Below are positions 52,295-62,684 of a stretch of 64,000 nt of DNA, piece after piece (positions within the stretch are counted from its first letter, which is position 1; each line of letters starts with the position of its first letter). The stretch covers positions 928,001-992,000 of the forward strand of contig CAVSOU010000010.1 in NCBI GenBank assembly GCA_963729625.1, given 5' to 3'. This DNA comes from an uncultured bacterium. Its GTDB lineage: Bacteria > Chloroflexota > UBA5177 > JANWHV01. The notes below the pieces were generated by a model, which was not told the origin of the DNA, made no database searches, and saw only the letters and a list, made by a program, of their open reading frames with translations. Both the position numbers and the translations under genes were made by a program.

Positions 52295-53398
52295 GTGAAG
52301 TCCGAACCGTCTCTCCCCCTCGTATCGATCGTCATCGACAACTACAACTACTGCCGGTTCCTGGGTGCTGCCGTTGACAGCGCGCTGGGCCAATCCTACC
52401 CGAATGTTGAGGTTATCGTCGTCGACGATGGCTCGACTGATGGATCGCGACAGTTGATTGCAGGCTACGGCTCGAGCATTGTGCCCGTATTCAAGGCCAA
52501 CGGAGGTCAGGTCTCGGCGATGAACGCCGGCTTTACCCGTTGCAGCGGCAGCATCGTATTCTTTCTCGATGCGGACGACGTGCTGAGGCCGGATATTGTC
52601 ACCAGGGTCGTGCAAGCCATGCACGAGAATCCGCAGCTCAGCAAGGTCCAATTCCGGCTGGTCGTGACGGACGCTACAGGTAGGCCAACAGGTGAGGAGA
52701 AGCCTCCGACGCATATCACGATGCTCGATGGCGACCTGCGCCGACATTACCTAACGTTCCCGGACGATGTGTGGAGGCTGCCCACCTCGGGGAACGCATT
52801 TACTCGTCGCGTTCTCGACCAGATTCTGCCAATCCCCGAAGCGCAGTATGGAACGTTGCCCGGCGATACGTACCTCACGCACGTCGCGCCGCTGTTCGGG
52901 CCGGTGCGATTCCTCGACGACGTTGGCGGCGAGTATCGCTTGCATGGTGGGAATGGCTACGAGTTGGCGGAGAACGTCCTGTCACTGGATCGAATTCGAG
53001 TCAATATTGTCCTTGCTCAGCGAACACATGTCGAGCTCAAGAGATTCGCGCGGCAGATCAACCTCGAGCTACCGTCTGCGCGAGGCGCTTTGTTGTCGAC
53101 CTCCTATCTGATAAACCGCATGATTTCCTGCAGGCTCGAGCCTGCCAAACACCCAATTCCCGGCGATACACGACTGGGAATTCTGCTTCTCGGCATCAGG
53201 TCGTCATCCCAGCGCTTCGACGTGTCGCTTCCGATGAAAGTAGTGTACGCACTGTGGTTCGCGGCGATGGCCGCTGTCCCGCGCGCGCAGGCGGCTCTGC
53301 TGGCGGAACGGGTGGTCTTTCCGCGGACGCGGCCCTGGGCTGGCCGTTTTCTCAAGCTTGTGCAGAGACCTCGGATATCACGCTCCGCCAACGCGTAG
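52295..53398 (+). CDS. Glycosyltransferase family 2
   Basis: VSIVIDNYNY, VVDDGSTDGS, NGGQVSAMNAG, FLDADD, YRLHG. Confidence 0.92.
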   Translation: MKSEPSLPLVSIVIDNYNYCRFLGAAVDSALGQSYPNVEVIVVDDGSTDGSRQLIAGYGSSIVPVFKANGGQVSAMNAGFTRCSGSIVFFLDADDVLRPDIVTRVVQAMHENPQLSKVQFRLVVTDATGRPTGEEKPPTHITMLDGDLRRHYLTFPDDVWRLPTSGNAFTRRVLDQILPIPEAQYGTLPGDTYLTHVAPLFGPVRFLDDVGGEYRLHGGNGYELAENVLSLDRIRVNIVLAQRTHVELKRFARQINLELPSARGALLSTSYLINRMISCRLEPAKHPIPGDTRLGILLLGIRSSSQRFDVSLPMKVVYALWFAAMAAVPRAQAALLAERVVFPRTRPWAGRFLKLVQRPRISRSANA

Positions 53399-53741
53399 GT
53401 CAGAAGGTGGCGGCCCTGCGGCTGCGCTTGTCAGCCTGTCAGAATATCTGTGCGGACCTGGTCCCAGTCTTGCGGATAAGCTGGATTTGGTCGCCGGCTG
53501 GTGCTACGCTGGCACGCAGCGAGCTTCTGGGCTCACAGGGCAGTTCCACAACTTCCGCTTCAAAGAGATGCCGAATGTGTGCGAAGCGCGCGACGGAAGA
53601 CTCTGGACCAGAGCACGCCGATCTGTCACGTTGGTCATGCTGGACGAGATCATTCGCGAGAAATAGCTGACTTCCCGGAGGCTGCCGGTCGGCCGACAAG
53701 GGCCTTGACGACATGGCCATACGACCCGTTGGAGCAAGTAG

Positions 53742-54626
53742 ATGATCGATACGTGGGACGATCTGCTGACGCATCTGCGCCACGGTGACGTGCCGGCTAC
53801 AAGTCTCTCCAAAGACACGTTGCGCCGCATAGAGGAGATCTCACTTGCCGCCGACGGACCCGCCGGTGTCCGACCGCACCGAACAACCGGCGACGTGCTG
53901 GAAAGCAGAATGCGGACGCTCGGGGTGGTACTGCCAGTTGACATGGACGATCTGGCTTACGGCGAGATTTCGTTCTTTTGGCGAGATTTCTTTCCCTATG
54001 AAACCCCGGATTACGAAGGTCGAGTATTGGCCATTGTTTACGACGCCGTTCGGGCAGTCCACATTGGCAACATCCAATGCTCGGTCGTATGGAATGGCAA
54101 CCTGCCGGTGGTTACAATGCCGCGCGAGACGCTCCAGGCCCCGCCGGAGGCGAATATCCCACAGTGGCTTCGGCAGGTCGGGTGCGAGATACGTTTCGGC
54201 AAGCGGGCCGCCGGCTGCGTGCGCTACGATCGCATCCCACGACCGGACGAAATCCTGGAACGCGCTGTAGAGTCGCTCGACCAACCGCAGTGGAGGGATT
54301 TGCACCATGACTGGCGCTTGCTGGCCCAGCCGGTCACGTGGACGAGCGACACCGGCCTAAAGGAGACCCGCTGGTGCGTGCCGGTAGCGCCGAAGACCGG
54401 ATCGGTTCCAACGGATGACTTCGCTGTTTGCGCGTCGCGACAGGCGGCGTGTGACGGCGCAAGGAGACTCCTGGCCGCCGGACTCGCACGTCAAGCGAGA
54501 ACCACGAGCGAGCAAGAGCTGGGTGATCTGATCCTGCGTATCATGCCTGCCTGGGAAGACCTCACGAGCGACGTGGTCGCCGGTCTGATCGTCAAAGCCG
54601 TGGCATCTGCGCACGCCCCGGCATGA
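53742..54626 (+). CDS. Hypothetical protein, no family recognised
   Basis: 294-codon ORF with GGAG RBS and protein-like composition, filling the gap between GT2 and SARP genes. Confidence 0.7.
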   Translation: MIDTWDDLLTHLRHGDVPATSLSKDTLRRIEEISLAADGPAGVRPHRTTGDVLESRMRTLGVVLPVDMDDLAYGEISFFWRDFFPYETPDYEGRVLAIVYDAVRAVHIGNIQCSVVWNGNLPVVTMPRETLQAPPEANIPQWLRQVGCEIRFGKRAAGCVRYDRIPRPDEILERAVESLDQPQWRDLHHDWRLLAQPVTWTSDTGLKETRWCVPVAPKTGSVPTDDFAVCASRQAACDGARRLLAAGLARQARTTSEQELGDLILRIMPAWEDLTSDVVAGLIVKAVASAHAPA

Positions 54627-54684
54627 CGCGACTCTGCCCCGGTCGTTCTCTCGCGGCGATCCTGCACGGGGAGGAGCGTTGCGG

Positions 54685-55698
54685 CTATCGCTGCAGCTGG
54701 GCGCTGGCGAGAAGATCTCGGTACATCTGCTGCGTCTGCACATCTGGGGCGATGTTGAGTTCTCGCCGAAGAACGTCTGCAAGCTTCCGGTACGTACGGA
54801 CCGCCTCGCCAGTGCGGCCGTCCGCGACCTGGAGTCGCATGAGGCCGCGCGTCGCGGGCTCGTGGTACGGATCCTGGTCGAGAACGGCATGCAGGCAGCG
54901 GGCGGCGGCGCTGAAGGCGCCATCATGCTCGCAGAGGGCGGCCGTGTGTAGCAAAATGGCAAGATAGCGCTGGCGCAACTCTTCCCTGCGGGTGACGGCC
55001 CATTCGTCGTACAGGTCTTCCGAGAGGTAGTCGCCCTTGTAAAGCGCCAGAGCAGCACGGCAGAGCGCGATGCTCTTGTGGGCAAGCGCGTTTGTCACTG
55101 CGCGATCGAAGACGGCGGCATCCAGCCAGTCCTGCGGCGCCGGCACGTCCGGTACGGCAGTCAGGACCAACATGTCTCCCTCCGCATGGATATAGCGGAC
55201 GCCTCCCGGGGTCTCGCCGAGAATCCGGCGAAGGCGGTGCACCGTGATGCGAAGGTTGTTCGCGCCGAGTTGAGGATCTGCATTTGGCCAGAGCATCTCC
55301 ATTGCATGTTCGCGGTGTACGCGCTGGCCCGGCGCACTGATGAGACATTTGAGGAGCCCGAAAACCTTGCGCTGTCTCAGGCTCTTCGCAGGCACCCGTA
55401 TATCGCCGCGCCATATTTCGAATGAGCCGAGGGTACGCACCCGGATGCAGGGGTTCGTCGGATCCGGCGACCGTGGCGTGACCGTCGGCAATGATAGGCC
55501 GGGCCCCGCGACAGCTGGCGGCAATTGCTTGCCCAGGTAGTGAGATCGCAGACGCCGGCCTTCGCGCCAATAGGCATACCAGTAGGGCCCATGGCCGGGT
55601 GCGCCGAGGCTGCAGCAGGAGCAGTCGGACTTATTGCAGCGCCGAAACTGCCGGCTGTACGTGACATGTGCCTGGGACTGAAGGTCACCGAACACCAT
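54685..55698 (-). CDS. DUF6788-like Cys/His domain fused to SARP-type wHTH and BTAD activator domain
   Basis: RRCNKSDCSCC..GHGPYWYAYWREG..RSHYLGK; VRTLGSFEI, MLWP..NNLRITVHRLRR; WLDAAVF, ALALYKGDYL, DPYHE. Confidence 0.88.
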   Translation of the reverse strand: MVFGDLQSQAHVTYSRQFRRCNKSDCSCCSLGAPGHGPYWYAYWREGRRLRSHYLGKQLPPAVAGPGLSLPTVTPRSPDPTNPCIRVRTLGSFEIWRGDIRVPAKSLRQRKVFGLLKCLISAPGQRVHREHAMEMLWPNADPQLGANNLRITVHRLRRILGETPGGVRYIHAEGDMLVLTAVPDVPAPQDWLDAAVFDRAVTNALAHKSIALCRAALALYKGDYLSEDLYDEWAVTRREELRQRYLAILLHTAALCEHDGAFSAAARCLHAVLDQDPYHEPATRGLMRLQVADGRTGEAVRTYRKLADVLRRELNIAPDVQTQQMYRDLLASAQLQR

Positions 55699-55860
55699 CC
55701 GCCAACCTCGAAGCAGCTCGCCCGTTCTTGGCAACAGCTTAAGAACAATTATGGACTCTCGCATGAGGTTGCACAAGGGGCCTCCAGATGTACACAAGGG
55801 CCACCTGAGAAACTGTGCAGCTCCGCTGAAACGAAGATGTTACGTCGAGGCGCTAGGCTC

Positions 55861-58800
55861 ATGTGTATGGAAGCTCAGCGGTTCGACGTCTTTCTCTCGC
55901 ACAATAGCCGGGACAAGGCCGCGGTCGAGCGCTTGGCCGTGAAGCTGAAGACCGCGGGCTTGGAGCCCTGGCTCGACAAATGGTGTTTGACGCCTGGTGG
56001 TCGTTGGCAGGAGGAGCTCGTCGCTGGGTTGCGCGCATGTTCGGCCTGCGCGGTTTTCGTCGGCCCGCACGGGCTTGGCGATTGGGTGCATGAGGAGCTC
56101 GGGGTCGCTCTTGACCGTGCGGCAAAGGATCGCAGCTTTCGTCTATTCCTGGCCCTGCTACCCGGGCTGCCCGAACCGTTCGACGCGACGACGCTCCCTC
56201 CGTTTCTCAGCACCCGCACGTGGGTGGACATGCGCCCGGGAATCGAAGACACGCGATCCTTCCAACACCTGATCAGCGCGATCAAGGGAGTGCCTTTCGG
56301 CCAGCAGATGCCCTCGGAACCGAACACCGATGTCTGTCCGTACCGGGGACTGCAGACCTTTGACGAAGAGCATGCTGAGCTATTCTTCGGGCGAGAAAAC
56401 GACGTGCAGAGGCTCGTAGAAAAGCTGAAGGCGACGCACTTCCTGGCCGTGCTTGGTCCTTCAGGTAGCGGCAAGTCCTCACTGGTGCGGGCAGGGCTTG
56501 TGCCCGCACTTCGACATGGGGCGCTTTCCAACAGTAACTCCTGGACGATCACCGTGTTCGCCCCTGGCGCCCATCCCTTGACCACTCTGGTCGCGCAAGT
56601 GCTGCGCCTTGGCGGTCACGGCAGCATGAACCAGACGCTTGACGAGATGGGAACCGACGCGCGCACCTTACATCTCGCGGTGACCTTAGCGATGGCCGAC
56701 CGCGTGCCCGCGGACCGCGTGGTGTGGGTGGTCGACCAATTCGAGGAAATCTTCACGCTGTGTCGCGACGAGCACGAGCGGAGCCAGTTTCTCGCGAATC
56801 TTCTGTACGCTGCGTCGGTGCATGAGGGCCGATGTATCGTGTTGCTAACCCTGCGCGCCGACTTCTACCAGAGGTGCGCAGTATATCCTGACCTCTCCGC
56901 ACGCATAGCGGCTCAACAATTCCTGGTCAGCCCCCTCGAGCCGGACGGACTGCGACGGGCGATTGAGGAGCCGGCATGGCATGTCGGCCTGGAGTTCGAA
57001 CATGGTCTCGTGGACACAATTCTCGAAGACGTCATTCGCCAACCAGGGGCTCTCCCATTGCTTGAACACGCGCTTCTGGAATTGTGGGAGCGCCGCCGCG
57101 GCCAGATGCTGACGCTCGAGGCGTATCGCCAGAGTGGGGGAGTGCAGGGCGCGATAGCGAAGCGTGCGGACACGATCTACAGTCGTTTTAGCCAGGAAGA
57201 ACAGGCGATTGCGCGCCGGACGTTGCTTCGCCTGACTCAACCGGGCGAAGGAACGGAGGATACTCGGCGCAGGGCATCGATAGGCGAGCTGGTCACTCGA
57301 CAGGGCGCCAATCCAGAGGTAGAAGCTGTTATTCGGGCGTTGGTCGACGCCAGACTGCTGACCACGAGCGAAGACGAGCCGAGCCACGAACACATGGTGG
57401 AAGTCTCGCACGAGGCTCTCATTCGCGGGTGGCCTCAGTTGCGAAGCTGGATCGACGAAGATCGCTCTGGGCTTCGGGTGCAGCGCCGTTTGACAGAAGC
57501 AGCGCTGGAATGGCAGCGCACGGATCGAGACGAAGGCGGGCTGTATCGAGGCGCTCGCCTGGCAACCGCGCTGGAGTGGAGCGCGCAGCACGAGGGCACG
57601 CTCAACGACCTCGAACGTGAGTTTCTTGACGCCAGTGCCGCCTTCAAACTCCGCGAGGAAGAACAGGAGTTGGCGCGCCAGCGCCGGGAGCTTGAAGCGG
57701 CCCGCCGGTTGGCCGATTCAGAGCGACGCCGTGCCAGGGTGGCTCGCTTGTTCTCACTTGGTCTGGTGCTTGTCTTGGCTGCAGCACTTGTCACTGCGGT
57801 GATCGCGGTTCAGCAGCGCACTCAAGCGCAAGACAGCGAGCGCAGAGCTCAAGACAGCGCGCGAAAGGCACAGGTCGCGGAGCAAAAGGCCCAGGTAGAG
57901 AAGCGGCTGGCCGACCAACAGCGCAGCGTGGCCTTTTCGCGCGAGCTCGCGGCAAATGCCCTGGCGAAACTGCAAACAGATCCGGAACTCAGTGTACTGC
58001 TGGCCAGTGCAGCTGAGCGCGCTGCGCATACGACTGAGGCGACTGAGGCGCTTCGCGATGCCCTGGGCCAATCCGCTGTGCGAACAGTGTTCCACGGGCA
58101 TTCCGGACCGGTCTTCACCGCACTGTACAGCCCGGATGGACGTCTCGTTGCAACGGCGGGCAACGATTCGACCGCGCGCGTTTGGGACGTGCAAACCGGG
58201 CGGCTGCTCTCGGTGCTCCGCGGGCATACCGGCGCCGTATACAGTGCGGTGTTCAGCCATAACGGCAACTTCGTGGTCACCGCAAGCAAGGACGACACGG
58301 CCAGAATATGGGAAGCACGAACGGGACGCCTCATCACCGTGTTGCGAGGCGATTCTCGCCCGGTTGTCTCCGCGTCGTTCAGCAAGGACGATCGCTTTGT
58401 CGTCACGGCGAGCTACGACAACACAGCGCGGGTGTGGGACGCACGGACTGGTTCGGTGGCAGCAATACTGAGAGGACACACCGCGCCGGTCTGGTACGCC
58501 GCATTCAGCCCCAACGGGCGCTACGTTGCCACAGCAAGTGCCGATGACACCGGCCGAATCTGGGATGCAGCGACCGGTCGCGCCGTAAGCATCTTGCGGG
58601 GGCATTCGAGCATCGTCGATGACGTGGCATTTAGCCCCGACGGCAACTACCTGGTTACCGGCAGTCTGGACAAGTCGGCCCGGGTGTGGAGTGTGCCAGA
58701 CGGCAAACTCGTAACCGTGATTCGGGGGCATCAGCAGGGCTGGGTGACGACGGCCACGTTCAGTCCCAACGGAAAGTACGTACTCACTGCCAGCGCGGAC

Positions 58801-60111
58801 GGATCGGCCGAGGTGGCAGACGCGCGAACAGGCGTGCTGTACAGTTGGATGCTCGGTCAGTCGGGCATACTATACAGTGCTTTCTTCAGTCACGACGGCC
58901 GGTACGTGGTCACCGCCGGCGCCGACGGAACCGCGCGGGTGTGGGCGGTTGGGGATCCGCCAATTGCGTCGCAAGCAGGGCCGATCCTGCGGGGCCATGC
59001 CAGCGATGTGTTCTTGGCGACCTTCAGTCCTGACGACCAGTATGTCTTAACGTCTAGCAAAGACGGCACGACGCGCATCTGGGATGTCGGCGCGGGCCAT
59101 CTGGCGGCGAAGGCGCCGGCCGGAGCTTCGTTCTGGGGCGTTGGTATCAGCCCGGACGGCACCCAGCTCGCTGCAGCCGCCGATGACGGCATCGTTCGTG
59201 TTTTCGACATTCGCACCGGACGGAGCATTGCAGAGCTTCGCGGCCAGGGCGGGACAGTTTGGTCCGCAGTGTATAGCCCGGACGGAACACAGCTCGTGAC
59301 GGCGAACAGCAATGGCACGACGAGGAACGGCACGGCGTGGGTGTGGCAAACCCGGACGTGGAAGCGACTTGCGATACTGCAGGGCCACGTTGGAAGCGTT
59401 AACCGGGCGGAATACAGTCCGGATGGGAGATACATTGTTACGGCGGGATCCGATGGCACGGCACGTGTGTGGGACACACGCACCTGGAAGACTGTCGTCG
59501 TGTTGCCAGCAAACAAGGGCAACGAAGGAAATGGTGCGTTTGCGCTCTATGATGCGTCGTTCAGCCACGATGGCCGCTACGTTGTACTGGCCAGCAACAG
59601 CGTCACGATTCACGTGCTGCTCGTATGGGATACCCACACGTGGCGCCTGGTGAAGAAGATTCCAGGCCCGTCCGACATCGTGTGGACGGCCGAGTTTAGC
59701 CCAGATGGCAAGTATATCGTGACGGCCGACAGCGACGGTTCAGCGCGCGTCTGGGACACGCAGACCTGGGACGTCTCGGCGGTACTCCAGAGCGGAACGT
59801 ATGGGCTGTGGACTGCGACCTTCAGTCCCGACAGCCAGTGGATAGTCACTGCCGGCCAGGATTCGACTTCGCATATATGGCAGGTGGGCACATGGGCGTC
59901 GGTCGACGTGCTCTACGGGGACAGCAACCAAGTGCATCGAGCAGCTTTCAGTCCTGATGGCAAAACTATTGCAACTGCGAGCGAGGACGGCACCGCGCGA
60001 ATCCACCAGTGTGACGTGTGCGGATCGGTCAGCCGGTTGCTTGCACTCGCCAACACGCGAGTTACACGTAGTCTCACGCCGAGCGAACGGAGGATATACC
60101 TGCACGAGTAG
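55861..60111 (+). CDS. TIR + STAND NTPase (nSTAND1-like) + TM helix + ~15 WD40 repeats
   Basis: FDVFLSHNSRDK..WVHEEL TIR; CPYRGL..FFGRE, GPSGSGKSS, VVDQFEE, LRADF, VSHEALIRGW; TM LFSLGLVLVLAAALVTAVIAV; 15 WD40 units counted. Confidence 0.93.
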   Translation: MCMEAQRFDVFLSHNSRDKAAVERLAVKLKTAGLEPWLDKWCLTPGGRWQEELVAGLRACSACAVFVGPHGLGDWVHEELGVALDRAAKDRSFRLFLALLPGLPEPFDATTLPPFLSTRTWVDMRPGIEDTRSFQHLISAIKGVPFGQQMPSEPNTDVCPYRGLQTFDEEHAELFFGRENDVQRLVEKLKATHFLAVLGPSGSGKSSLVRAGLVPALRHGALSNSNSWTITVFAPGAHPLTTLVAQVLRLGGHGSMNQTLDEMGTDARTLHLAVTLAMADRVPADRVVWVVDQFEEIFTLCRDEHERSQFLANLLYAASVHEGRCIVLLTLRADFYQRCAVYPDLSARIAAQQFLVSPLEPDGLRRAIEEPAWHVGLEFEHGLVDTILEDVIRQPGALPLLEHALLELWERRRGQMLTLEAYRQSGGVQGAIAKRADTIYSRFSQEEQAIARRTLLRLTQPGEGTEDTRRRASIGELVTRQGANPEVEAVIRALVDARLLTTSEDEPSHEHMVEVSHEALIRGWPQLRSWIDEDRSGLRVQRRLTEAALEWQRTDRDEGGLYRGARLATALEWSAQHEGTLNDLEREFLDASAAFKLREEEQELARQRRELEAARRLADSERRRARVARLFSLGLVLVLAAALVTAVIAVQQRTQAQDSERRAQDSARKAQVAEQKAQVEKRLADQQRSVAFSRELAANALAKLQTDPELSVLLASAAERAAHTTEATEALRDALGQSAVRTVFHGHSGPVFTALYSPDGRLVATAGNDSTARVWDVQTGRLLSVLRGHTGAVYSAVFSHNGNFVVTASKDDTARIWEARTGRLITVLRGDSRPVVSASFSKDDRFVVTASYDNTARVWDARTGSVAAILRGHTAPVWYAAFSPNGRYVATASADDTGRIWDAATGRAVSILRGHSSIVDDVAFSPDGNYLVTGSLDKSARVWSVPDGKLVTVIRGHQQGWVTTATFSPNGKYVLTASADGSAEVADARTGVLYSWMLGQSGILYSAFFSHDGRYVVTAGADGTARVWAVGDPPIASQAGPILRGHASDVFLATFSPDDQYVLTSSKDGTTRIWDVGAGHLAAKAPAGASFWGVGISPDGTQLAAAADDGIVRVFDIRTGRSIAELRGQGGTVWSAVYSPDGTQLVTANSNGTTRNGTAWVWQTRTWKRLAILQGHVGSVNRAEYSPDGRYIVTAGSDGTARVWDTRTWKTVVVLPANKGNEGNGAFALYDASFSHDGRYVVLASNSVTIHVLLVWDTHTWRLVKKIPGPSDIVWTAEFSPDGKYIVTADSDGSARVWDTQTWDVSAVLQSGTYGLWTATFSPDSQWIVTAGQDSTSHIWQVGTWASVDVLYGDSNQVHRAAFSPDGKTIATASEDGTARIHQCDVCGSVSRLLALANTRVTRSLTPSERRIYLHE

Positions 60112-60167
60112 CGGAACACGGCGGTCCTGTAGTCATAGCGACTAGCTTGTCGGGGGCACACGAGGGC

Positions 60168-60413
60168 ATGGCCCAGTACGATTCGTTCATTCTACGTGTC
60201 TGGCGAAGCACGGGCGACGACGGCTCCCAGTGGGCCGGGAGACTGGAGCATCTGCAGCAGGGTCAGAGCTGGAGCTTCGGCAGTCTTGAAGAGCTGCTCG
60301 AGCATCTGCGGAACGTCGCCGATGGTGGTGGTTCGACTGTTGTATCAGTGCTCGACCGGTCGGGCCCAGGCATCGCGACCGACGCGGCAGGAACGGGTAT
60401 GTCGAACGCGTGA
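60168..60413 (+). CDS. Small hypothetical protein (SFILRVW...W.GRLEH...F.SLEEL type)
   Basis: GAGG RBS; motif type I recall beside STAND/HTH regulators in Chloroflexota (not verified). Confidence 0.75.
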   Translation: MAQYDSFILRVWRSTGDDGSQWAGRLEHLQQGQSWSFGSLEELLEHLRNVADGGGSTVVSVLDRSGPGIATDAAGTGMSNA

Positions 60414-60496
60414 CAATGACCAGGGGTCATGGGCAGTGAGGAATCGACTGACGGACGACAGAGTTTGGAGGGTGGTCCGTCGAAGGGGGAGAGTAG

Positions 60497-61630
60497 ATGA
60501 AGTGTGTTCATTGTACGCATGACGTGCCCGATGGGGTCTTCTGCACGCGATGCGGTGCGCAGCAAGCGACTACGCAGCAGGCCGGGAATACCAGGATGCG
60601 AGTTTCGCATTACGCGGCACATCCGGGCGAGCACGTGTTTCACCCCGGGATTTTCACGACGCTGTTTCCACACCTGGGCCAACATAAGTTGCACGAGTTC
60701 CGCTGGGCTTTTCTTGCCGGACTCGCGGGTATCTTTGTGCTCGACGTGGCCGGGCTGATCTCGGCCGCTATTCTGTGCGCCGCGCTGCTCATTCCGATTC
60801 TCTACCTCATGTACCTCTATGAGGCGCAGGTCTATCGCGACGCGCCGGCCACCGCGTTGGGCTTCACAATTGGAGGCGGCATCCTGCTTGGCATTGTCGT
60901 CACGGCGATAGTGGACCATTTCTCGAACTCTCTGGAGCTTGGCGGTCCGTTGGGCAGCCAGACAAGCACGCTCGTCGGCTTGTGCGTCATCGTGCCGATA
61001 GTTCAGGAGGTGCTCAAGCCAATCCCAGCCCTGATCTTGCGCGAGTCGTCTGACTTTGCGGAGACGGTCGACGGATTAGTGTTCGGCGTTGCCGCCGGTC
61101 TGGGGTACAGTGTCGCGGAGTCGATCATTCGGTTTTCATCCGTGTTGGGAAATCTCCCCAATCGCGTCGACCCTGGAAACTGGATCTATCCGCTCATCAC
61201 CTTGGCTGTGACGCTGCCATTGCTTCAGGGGAGCGCGACCGGCGCGATAACGGCCGCCGTGTGGCGCCTGCGCAAAGGCAGAATCGGTGTTCGCGAAGCA
61301 GGTGCCATCGTGATGGCCATCCTCGCCCATATCGGATTCATTCTGGTGAGCCAGCTGATGAGCGACCGCGGCTTGTCGCAGCTCGTGATTCTGGCCTGGC
61401 AGGCCGCTGTCGTTGGCGCGCTTCTGATTTACATTCGGTATTTGCTGCACTATGCGCTGCTCGAGGAGGCAGTGCACATGGGCTTTGACGAGACCATGTG
61501 TCCGAACTGTCATCGGCATATTGTGGCCTCGGGATTCTGCCCCAACTGCGGCAGGTCCCTCGCAGCCACGTCGGCATCGATCAGCATGGCCCGCAAGCCG
61601 GCCACGACTTCGGCGCCGGCGGGGGGCTGA
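60497..61630 (+). CDS. PrsW-like intramembrane protease homologue with N- and C-terminal zinc ribbons
   Basis: CVHC..FCTRCG and CPNC..FCPNCG; multiple TM; QEVLK, DGLVFGVAAGLGYSVAE, AH. Confidence 0.82.
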   Translation: MKCVHCTHDVPDGVFCTRCGAQQATTQQAGNTRMRVSHYAAHPGEHVFHPGIFTTLFPHLGQHKLHEFRWAFLAGLAGIFVLDVAGLISAAILCAALLIPILYLMYLYEAQVYRDAPATALGFTIGGGILLGIVVTAIVDHFSNSLELGGPLGSQTSTLVGLCVIVPIVQEVLKPIPALILRESSDFAETVDGLVFGVAAGLGYSVAESIIRFSSVLGNLPNRVDPGNWIYPLITLAVTLPLLQGSATGAITAAVWRLRKGRIGVREAGAIVMAILAHIGFILVSQLMSDRGLSQLVILAWQAAVVGALLIYIRYLLHYALLEEAVHMGFDETMCPNCHRHIVASGFCPNCGRSLAATSASISMARKPATTSAPAGG

Positions 61631-61633
61631 TCG

Positions 61634-62684
61634 ATGGCTCGCCAGTGCGCGTCCTGTGGAGCACAGAACCCCGACATCGCGTCATTTTGCCAGAACTGCG
61701 GCCGCCCCATCTCGGCGGCGCCGGCGGCTGGCCAAGGGGCCCCGGTGGCGGCGCCCCAAGGCGCTCAACCGCCCGGACAATCTTCCCCCGGCACGCCCTG
61801 GCAGGGCGGCCAGCAGTATCCGGCGAGCGCGCCACCGCAGCAAACCACAAGGGATGCCGGTTCCGCCGTACCAGCAAGGGCACTCTCAAGGTGGGCAATA
61901 CGGCGGTTACTATCCTCCAGGAATGGGCAGCTCTCCATCGATGCACCGATTGCCTTTCACGTCGATAGTCGCGGTCGTGATCGGAGTTCTCGGGATATTG
62001 ACCGCCGCCGCGGTGCTGTTTCTGCACTCGTCGAATCATCCCATGCCGCTGCCGCCACTTCCGACCCTCACCGTCGTGCCGACTGTCGCTCCTGCGGTGA
62101 CCGGCACGCAACAACCCACCGCGACGCAGGTGCCGAATCCCACTTCGTTACTGAACCCCACGCAGCCGCCCAGCCCGAACCCCACGCAACCGCCGAATCC
62201 AAGCCCCACACAGCCTGCAGGCGGGCAGGTGCTGACCACACAGGGCTTCTCGATTGACGTGTTGTCTGGATGGAGCGTGTCCCAGCAGCAGAGCAATTCA
62301 GCGCTGTTAGCCCACGCTTCCGGATCGGGCACGAATGGACTGCTCTATGTGGGAGCAGGACAGAGCAGTTCGCCGACAACGGCACAAACCATCCTGCAAA
62401 ACACTTTGACTACGTTGCAGCAGCAATATCCCGATGCGAAGCAGTGCGGCGACCTGGCGCAGTTCGCCGTGGCGAACATTCCCGGCACGGCGATGCCCGT
62501 ATGCTTCACACTCACCCCCCAGGGAGGCGCCTCGTTCCAGGCGCTCAGCGTCAACTGGGCGGCAACGAACTCCGCTGGCACTACCATCTACACGCTGCAG
62601 GAGATGGGCGCCGAGAATCCGCCCGACTTCTTCAACAACGACGTACCGCCGATAGTCAAAACTGTAAATTGGACGGTGAGCTGA
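61634..62684 (+). CDS. Zinc-ribbon / single-TM / extracellular-domain protein (+1 frameshift near 61843)
   Basis: CASCGAQNPDIASFCQNCG, P/Q-rich linker, TM IVAVVIGVLGILTAAAVLFL, NPTQPP repeats; removing one A in CAAACC joins the frames. Confidence 0.8.

Noticed and set aside
58080-60010. CRISPR-like or DGR-like repeats in the WD40 region, and the NPTQPP repeats near 62130-62215
   Set aside because: They are in-frame, diverged protein repeats with no constant repeat-spacer pattern and no reverse transcriptase or cas genes
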